A stretch of 51,630 nucleotides of DNA from a virus (Duplodnaviria > Caudoviricetes), in the IMG/VR virus record IMGVR_UViG_3300033153_003505, positions 1 to 51,630 of that record; one strand, written 5' to 3'. The stretch's first letter is position 1. Every line of letters begins with the position of its first letter. Below, one piece after another: positions 45,795 through 51,630 of this stretch. The position numbers and the translations under genes were made by a program. The notes under the pieces are model-generated. The model did not search any database. It saw nothing but the letters and a program-made list of their open reading frames with translations, and was not told the DNA's origin.

Positions 45795-47489
45795 ATGGCT
45801 TGGAAAAAATATTTTAAAGTAGCAGATACTTCGGGGACATTGAGCCCAATTAGTGGCGGCATGGGTACACTTAACGGACAGGTTGGCTTTAGGAACTATC
45901 AAAGCAACTTACCAGAAGTGTACACTGGTCACCCAAATCGAATTGAACGTTACAATCAATACGAAGCAATGGATATGGACAGCGAAGTTAATGCATGTCT
46001 TGATATCATTGCTGAGTTTGCAACACAGAATAACGAACAAAACAACACAGCATTCAATATTCATTATCACGAAAAACCAACTGATAATGAAATTAAAATT
46101 ATTACCCAACAGCTACAGCAATGGGTTAAGCTAAACGAATTCGATAAACGTATGTTTAAAATCTTCCGTAATGCTATTAAGTACGGTGATCAAGTATTCA
46201 TCCGTGATCCAGAAACGTTTAAGTTATTTTGGGTTGAAACTAATAAAGTACGCAGGGTAATTGTTAATGAAAGTGAAGGTAAACTACCTGAACAATACAT
46301 TATTCAAGACATTAATCCGAACTTAGAAAACTTAACTGTCGCAGCAAAAACAGTATCTGACTTCCAGTCCGGTCAGCCGAATAGCGGTTATACTGCACCA
46401 CAGACATATACAATTCCAGATCAAGCTGGCGGCGGCAATACAGGGCGTTTTAGTGTAGGTCCTAAGGAGTCAGCTGTTGATGCTTCACACGTTATGCACA
46501 TTAGCTTAACAGAAGGACTTGATTACAATTGGCCTTTTGGACAATCAATACTTGAACAGATTTATAAAGTCTACAAGCAAAAAGAATTACTTGAAGATGC
46601 TATTCTTATCTACAGAATACAACGAGCACCAGAACGTCGTATCTTTTATATTGATGTAGGTAGCATGCCAGCTCATTTAGCAATGAGTTTTGTTGAACGT
46701 GTTAAAAATGAAATACATCAACGTAGGATTCCAACACAAAGTGGTGGCGCCAATCAATTAGACGCAAGCTATAATCCAATGTCAATGAACGAAGATTACT
46801 TCTTTCCACAGACTGCAGACGGACGTGGATCTAAAGTAGAAACACTCCCTGGCGGTCAAAACTTATCTGAAATTGATGACTTGCGATACTTCAATAACAA
46901 GATGGCGCGTGGTTTGCGAGTTCCTAGTAGTTACTTGCCAACTGGCCCTGACGACACGTCGGGTACAGTAAATGATGGGCGCATGGGTACAGCATTAATA
47001 CAAGAGTTTCGCTTTAATCAGTATTGCGAACGTTTACAGAACAGCCTTATTACAAAGATGAATGAAGAATTTAAAATGTTTATGCGATGGAGAGGGTTTA
47101 ATATTGACGCTAAGATTTTCGATCTTAAGTTTAATGAACCTCAAAACTTTGCAAGCTATAGACAGACTGAGCTTGACTCAACCCGCCTAGGTAACTTTGG
47201 CGGTGTAGCCGATATTCCTTATATGTCTAAACGCTTTGCACTTAAACGATTCCTAGGACTATCTGAAGAAGAAATGCTTGAGAATGAAACAATGTGGCGC
47301 GAAGAGAACAACGTAACCGATGAAGAAGAGACAGGCTCAGCCGGTAGTGATTTACGTGGCGTAGGTGTAACACCAGGCGACATGGACGCTGACTTAGGCG
47401 ACTTGGAAGACTTCGAAGCAGAAGATGATCTCGATCTCGGCCCAGATGAAGCAGGTGCAGGCGGCGAACTAGATGTGGAACAGCCATAA
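45795..47489 (+). CDS. gp20: Portal vertex protein, T4 gp20-like
   Basis: LLEDAILIYRIQRAPERRIFYIDVG, EDYFFP...GRGSKVETLPGGQNL.EIDD. Confidence 0.95.
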   Translation: MAWKKYFKVADTSGTLSPISGGMGTLNGQVGFRNYQSNLPEVYTGHPNRIERYNQYEAMDMDSEVNACLDIIAEFATQNNEQNNTAFNIHYHEKPTDNEIKIITQQLQQWVKLNEFDKRMFKIFRNAIKYGDQVFIRDPETFKLFWVETNKVRRVIVNESEGKLPEQYIIQDINPNLENLTVAAKTVSDFQSGQPNSGYTAPQTYTIPDQAGGGNTGRFSVGPKESAVDASHVMHISLTEGLDYNWPFGQSILEQIYKVYKQKELLEDAILIYRIQRAPERRIFYIDVGSMPAHLAMSFVERVKNEIHQRRIPTQSGGANQLDASYNPMSMNEDYFFPQTADGRGSKVETLPGGQNLSEIDDLRYFNNKMARGLRVPSSYLPTGPDDTSGTVNDGRMGTALIQEFRFNQYCERLQNSLITKMNEEFKMFMRWRGFNIDAKIFDLKFNEPQNFASYRQTELDSTRLGNFGGVADIPYMSKRFALKRFLGLSEEEMLENETMWREENNVTDEEETGSAGSDLRGVGVTPGDMDADLGDLEDFEAEDDLDLGPDEAGAGGELDVEQP

Positions 47490-47497
47490 ATAACAGT

Positions 47498-47932
47498 ATG
47501 AAAAAGCTATTAACTGAATCAGAAAATTTACGTAGATTATCAACTATAGTTGATGAAACTCAACTTAATGAATATTTTGTTCAAGAAGGTATGACTCTTG
47601 AAGAAGTGTTTAATTCGATATTTCCTGATCCAGTTGAAGAAGAAGAATTTATTAACAACGAAGGTTTTGGCCTGCAAGCATTAACAGCGTGGCACGATGC
47701 ACATACTAAAATTAAACGTCTCGAACAAGCCTGGGCAAAGTATGCTACGGTTAGAGTTACTAACCGAGTGTTAGCCAGAATGTTAGATCAAAAAGCTGGG
47801 TACTTAGAATACAGTATTGATGACGCAGACGATTATATGATAGAAAATGCTGCATTACATAAAATGATAGAATTTATTGAATCGTTACAACCGAATGATT
47901 TAACAGATCAGTCAGGCGAGGAATTTGAATGA
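47498..47932 (+). CDS. Hypothetical acidic protein, possibly an internal head protein
   Basis: 144 aa with CATAAATA at 47485-47492 directly upstream. Confidence 0.6.
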   Translation: MKKLLTESENLRRLSTIVDETQLNEYFVQEGMTLEEVFNSIFPDPVEEEEFINNEGFGLQALTAWHDAHTKIKRLEQAWAKYATVRVTNRVLARMLDQKAGYLEYSIDDADDYMIENAALHKMIEFIESLQPNDLTDQSGEEFE

Positions 47933-48168
47933 AAATGTCCGACGTAACAATTTTGAATGAACTAGATCAACATATTCCTGGCATGCAAGACTTAGGAGAC
48001 GACCAGTCAACTAAGTATTCCTTACGTCAAACACGTCTTACTTTAAAGCAAATCAACAAGCTAAGAAAGATGAATGACATCCGTGAGTACGAGAAAGAAG
48101 CAAAGCTAAAAAACATTCGTGCTCAATATAGCACACCAGATGAAGACATGGGTGGCGAACCGTTCTAA
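47929..48168 (+). CDS. Small hypothetical head-region protein
   Basis: 79 aa containing RQTRLTLKQINKLRKM, with a GAGGA Shine-Dalgarno sequence and ATGA overlap. Confidence 0.7.
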   Translation: MKMSDVTILNELDQHIPGMQDLGDDQSTKYSLRQTRLTLKQINKLRKMNDIREYEKEAKLKNIRAQYSTPDEDMGGEPF

Positions 48169-48524
48169 TGAAAGAATTAGATCAACTTAAAATGCTTAAA
48201 GAAAGCATTGCACGTATTGAAGAAGAAACTAGTGAAGACTGGTATTCACTAAGTGATATAACAGATCCATATGATAAATTACTTAACACATTAGCTACAG
48301 CATTTTTTGACAAGTATGAAGCTGAACCAGAATTTGATCATGATTATGATGATATAGTAGTTGCATTTGATGTAGCTATTGACTCATTTGTAGGACATCT
48401 TTTTAGCCCCACCGAAGCATCAATGGAACAAGTTGACTCGTTAACCCCACCACAAATAGAAAAAATTGTAGATGTGTATTGGCAACTAGAACATGGCGCC
48501 ACTCGAGCAGATAGTCTACACTAA
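48168..48524 (+). CDS. Hypothetical acidic protein
   Basis: 118 aa with a TAATG overlap with the previous gene. Confidence 0.6.
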   Translation: MKELDQLKMLKESIARIEEETSEDWYSLSDITDPYDKLLNTLATAFFDKYEAEPEFDHDYDDIVVAFDVAIDSFVGHLFSPTEASMEQVDSLTPPQIEKIVDVYWQLEHGATRADSLH

Positions 48525-48649
48525 CCAGTAATACCCCCTGATTCTTCAAAAGATCTACCTTTTCACACCTTTTCCCCTGTTAAACCCTTACTTTTCCCCT
48601 TGACCGATTAAATACCAGCATAGAAAGTATACTTTTAGGAGATTCTAGA

Positions 48650-49429
48650 ATGAATAAATTTGAACAACTTATTGAGTACGTAATCAATGAAGAAGACAGC
48701 AAAGCTGAAGAACTTTTTCATGACATCGTAGTTGAAAAGTCACGTGACATTTACGAATCATTAATGGATAGAGAAGATGAGTTAGGCGGCGATGCAGCTG
48801 ACGAACTTATTAACGATATTTCTGCTGATGAAACCGGAATGCGCGAAGACGAAGATGAAATGGGCATAGACGACATGGGTGCGGAACCAGAGATGGGCGA
48901 CGAAATGGGCGGCATGGGCGATATGGGCGGCGCTGAAGAAGAAGCCGACTTAGAAGATCGTGTAGTTGATTTAGAAGACCAGCTTGATGCTTTGATGGCA
49001 GAATTTGATTCTGCAATGGGCGACGAGATGGGCGGTGACGAGATGGGTATGGAACCTGGCATGGATGACATGGGCATGGAACCAGAGATGGGCGGCGAAG
49101 AAGAAATGATGGCTGCTGGTCGATTCGAAAGCGAAGAAAATGCTGAAGAAGCTTTAGAAGAGAATGTTTCTCTAACTAAAGTAAGCAAAGGTATTTCTAA
49201 TTCAACAGAAGAAGGAACAATTAACAAGAAGTCTGTAAACGCTGACAACAGCGGTAAGAAAGGCGCAGTTGCTAAACCGCACCAAGAAATTGGTGAAGAA
49301 GGTAACGTAGCTGATCCAACAGTTAAACCAGGCGACGGCACAACAGAACCAAACGAAAGCAAAGTAACTGAACCTAAGAAAAAGGGTGAAGATGCTGGCG
49401 TTAATAAGAAAAGTATTTCCGGTTCTTAA
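48650..49429 (+). CDS. Acidic prohead core-like protein (position of T4 gp67/gp68)
   Basis: Very Glu/Asp-rich with G(D/G)EMG repeats, an AGGAG Shine-Dalgarno sequence, and a position between portal and protease. Confidence 0.65.
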   Translation: MNKFEQLIEYVINEEDSKAEELFHDIVVEKSRDIYESLMDREDELGGDAADELINDISADETGMREDEDEMGIDDMGAEPEMGDEMGGMGDMGGAEEEADLEDRVVDLEDQLDALMAEFDSAMGDEMGGDEMGMEPGMDDMGMEPEMGGEEEMMAAGRFESEENAEEALEENVSLTKVSKGISNSTEEGTINKKSVNADNSGKKGAVAKPHQEIGEEGNVADPTVKPGDGTTEPNESKVTEPKKKGEDAGVNKKSISGS

Positions 49430-49441
49430 AGGTAGTTTAAT

Positions 49442-50074
49442 ATGAGTTTCTTAAGAGAACACCTAACATTCGATGCAGCCCACGTACAACTTCTAAGTGA
49501 AGATAATACGAAAGGCGGCAAAGATTTGTACATGAAAGGTATATGTATTCAAGGCGATCAACGTAATGCCAATGAACGTGTATACCCAGTTCGAGAAATT
49601 ACTACCGCAGTTAAAACGTTAAATGAACAAATCACTGGTGGCTATTCCGTTTTAGGCGAAATAGATCACCCAGATGATTTAAAGATAAATTTAGACCGCG
49701 TGTCGCACATGATCACAGAGATGTGGATGGAAGGCGCTAACGGTTTTGGCAAGTTAAAGATACTACCGACGCCAATGGGCAAAGTCATTGAGACAATGCT
49801 TGAAGCTGGCGTTAAACTAGGTGTTTCATCTAGGGGAAGTGGTAACGTTAACGAAGCTACAGGACACGTAAGTGACTTTGAGATAATCACAGTCGATATC
49901 GTTGCTCAACCTAGCGCACCTGAAGCGTATCCAACAGCTATATATGAAGGCCTTATGAATATGAAGGGCGGATTGAAGTTGTTAGGTATTGCAGAAGAGG
50001 CTAGCGAGAACAAACGTGTACAAAGATATTTGAAAGAAGGCGTAATTGCTCTAATCAAAGATCTTAAAATTTAG
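49442..50074 (+). CDS. gp21: Prohead core protease, T4 gp21-like
   Basis: NANERVYP, LGEIDHP, LGVSSRGSG and DIVAQPSAPEA. Confidence 0.95.
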   Translation: MSFLREHLTFDAAHVQLLSEDNTKGGKDLYMKGICIQGDQRNANERVYPVREITTAVKTLNEQITGGYSVLGEIDHPDDLKINLDRVSHMITEMWMEGANGFGKLKILPTPMGKVIETMLEAGVKLGVSSRGSGNVNEATGHVSDFEIITVDIVAQPSAPEAYPTAIYEGLMNMKGGLKLLGIAEEASENKRVQRYLKEGVIALIKDLKI

Positions 50075-50085
50075 GAGACTACGAA

Positions 50086-51183
50086 ATGCTAGATGCAATC
50101 AAACAATTGCTTGATAGTAACGTGATTAACGAAGATACCAGCTCTGAGATAATGGAAGCCTGGGATTCAAAGTTAAACGAAGCTCGTGAAGAATTGCGTA
50201 CTGAGTTACGTGAGGAATTTGCACAACGTTACGATCACGATAAAACAGTAATGGTAGAAGCTCTTGATAAAATGGTTACTGAAGGTTTAGAAGCAGAGAT
50301 TGTTGAATTTAAAGAAGAGAAAGCTGCATTAGCAGAAGATCGCGTTAAGTTCAATAAGAAAATGTCTGAAAACGGTGCTAAGTTTAATAATTTCATGACA
50401 GCTAAGTTAGCTGAAGAGATTAAAGAACTTCGTAAGGACCGCAAGATCCAAAGTGAAGGTTTAGAGGCTATGGAGTCTTTTATTGCTAAGAACTTAGCAA
50501 AAGAGATTCGTGAATTTGCACAAGACAAGAAGGACGTAGTGGAAACTAAGGTCAAACTTGTTGCAGAAGCACGTACCCAACTCGTTGCACTTAAGAAACG
50601 CTTTGTAAAAGAAAGCGCATCTAAAGTACGGAACCATGTTAAAACCAAGTTATCAACTGAGTTAACAGCGTTACAAGAAGACATTAAAGCCGCTCGAGAG
50701 AACAGCTTTGGTCGACGTATTTTTGAAGCTTATATGAGTGAGTTCACAGCAACACACTTAAACGAAAATGCAGAAATCCGTAAGTTGAAAGATACATTAG
50801 CAGTTAAGGAAACAGAGTTAACAGAATCTGCAACCAAAACTACTAAGTTGGAAGCACTTACAGAAAGTAAAAACAAAGAGATTCGCATGATTAAAGAGAG
50901 CAATCAGCGTGACGAGGAACTAACAGATTTGTTAGCACCTTTGAACAAAGACAAGCGCGAAATTATGTCAAACTTATTAGAAAGCGTTCAAACAAGTCGT
51001 TTAACGAATGCTTTTGAGAAATATCTACCAGCGGTACTTGCTAATAAAGCTAAGGACGCTGCACCTCGTAAGAGAACTGTAGTTACTGAAAGCCGAAAAG
51101 CTGTAACTGGTGATAAAGCTACTAAAGTGAAAGTAGACGATAGCAATATTGTCGACATTAAAACTTTAGCTGGCTTAAAATAA
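50086..51183 (+). CDS. gp22: Prohead scaffolding protein, T4 gp22-like
   Basis: Long Glu/Lys coiled coil between the protease and the major capsid gene, with an AGGAG Shine-Dalgarno sequence. Confidence 0.8.
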   Translation: MLDAIKQLLDSNVINEDTSSEIMEAWDSKLNEAREELRTELREEFAQRYDHDKTVMVEALDKMVTEGLEAEIVEFKEEKAALAEDRVKFNKKMSENGAKFNNFMTAKLAEEIKELRKDRKIQSEGLEAMESFIAKNLAKEIREFAQDKKDVVETKVKLVAEARTQLVALKKRFVKESASKVRNHVKTKLSTELTALQEDIKAARENSFGRRIFEAYMSEFTATHLNENAEIRKLKDTLAVKETELTESATKTTKLEALTESKNKEIRMIKESNQRDEELTDLLAPLNKDKREIMSNLLESVQTSRLTNAFEKYLPAVLANKAKDAAPRKRTVVTESRKAVTGDKATKVKVDDSNIVDIKTLAGLK

Positions 51184-51204
51184 AGTGTAAATAGGAGATA
51201 TATA

Positions 51205-51630
51205 ATGTCACAAGCACTATTAGAAAGCCGTTGGGGTGAGACCAAAGAAGCATTGCTTGAAGGTCTAGACGGTACAAAACGTTCTACAATGAGCGTTATT
51301 TTAGAAATGAGCGTTATTTTAGAAAACACTCGTAACCACTTAGCAGAATCTGCGACAAGTGGCGCTACTGCCGCTGGTAACGTTGCAACATTAAACCGTG
51401 TTATTTTGCCAGTTATTCGACGTGTTATGCCAACCGTTATTGCTAACGAGTTGGTCGGCGTACAGCCAATGTCTGGTCCAGTAAGCCAGATTCATACTTT
51501 ACGTGTACGTTACGGAACTACAATGACAGATTCAAGCGCAGCAGCTACAGACGTTGCCGCAGGCGATGAAGCATTGAGTCCTTTCAAAATTGCTCAAGCA
51601 TATTCTGCTGGTAATGGCGCAGCACAGGCC
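51205..51630 (+). CDS. gp23: Major capsid protein, T4 gp23-like, truncated at the window edge (not in the ORF track)
   Basis: Hand translation gives MSQALLESRWGETKEALLEGL...ILENTR...VILPVIRRVMPTVIANELVGVQPMSGPVSQIHTLRVRY. Confidence 0.95.
   Translation, partial: MSQALLESRWGETKEALLEGLDGTKRSTMSVILEMSVILENTRNHLAESATSGATAAGNVATLNRVILPVIRRVMPTVIANELVGVQPMSGPVSQIHTLRVRYGTTMTDSSAAATDVAAGDEALSPFKIAQAYSAGNGAAQA
51289..51324 (+). repeat. Exact 18-bp tandem duplication in the capsid gene
   Basis: ATGAGCGTTATTTTAGAA occurs twice in frame (MSVILE-MSVILE). Confidence 0.9.

Noticed and set aside
426-51329. Numerous opposite-strand or alternate-frame ORFs in the track (e.g. 10112..10621, 33272..34057, 44638..45297, 48751..49362)
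   Set aside because: They lie inside well-supported genes, have Ser/Pro-rich shadow composition, and show no motifs or ribosome binding sites.
1-51630. Alternative genetic code (stop codon reassignment)
   Set aside because: Genes are full length and tightly packed under the standard code, and TGA and TAG both serve as real stops.

Overview
An AT-rich segment of a large T4-like (myovirus-type, probably jumbo) phage genome, read in the standard genetic code. From left to right: (1) a minus-strand accessory operon with two twitch-type radical SAM proteins, glycosyltransferase-like and SGNH-like proteins, behind its own sigma70-like promoter (1-8.4 kb); (2) a minus-strand tail fibre and baseplate module (two fibre-like proteins, a 3929-aa protein, and gp6-, gp25-, gp5-, hub-, gp53- and tube-initiator-like genes; 8.4-34.2 kb); (3) a plus-strand gp55 late sigma factor, gp47/gp46 (Mre11/Rad50) and two more radical SAM genes, one fused to an SDR; (4) an endonuclease VII-like gene sitting back-to-back, across divergent TATAAATA late promoters, with a ~550-750 nt ORF-free and highly structured element that looks like a large non-coding RNA; (5) a gp26-like chaperone gene with an apparent programmed -1 frameshift; (6) tape-measure-like, portal, prohead core, protease, scaffold and the start of the major capsid gene. 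All calls come from reading motifs by eye. No searches or folding programs were run.
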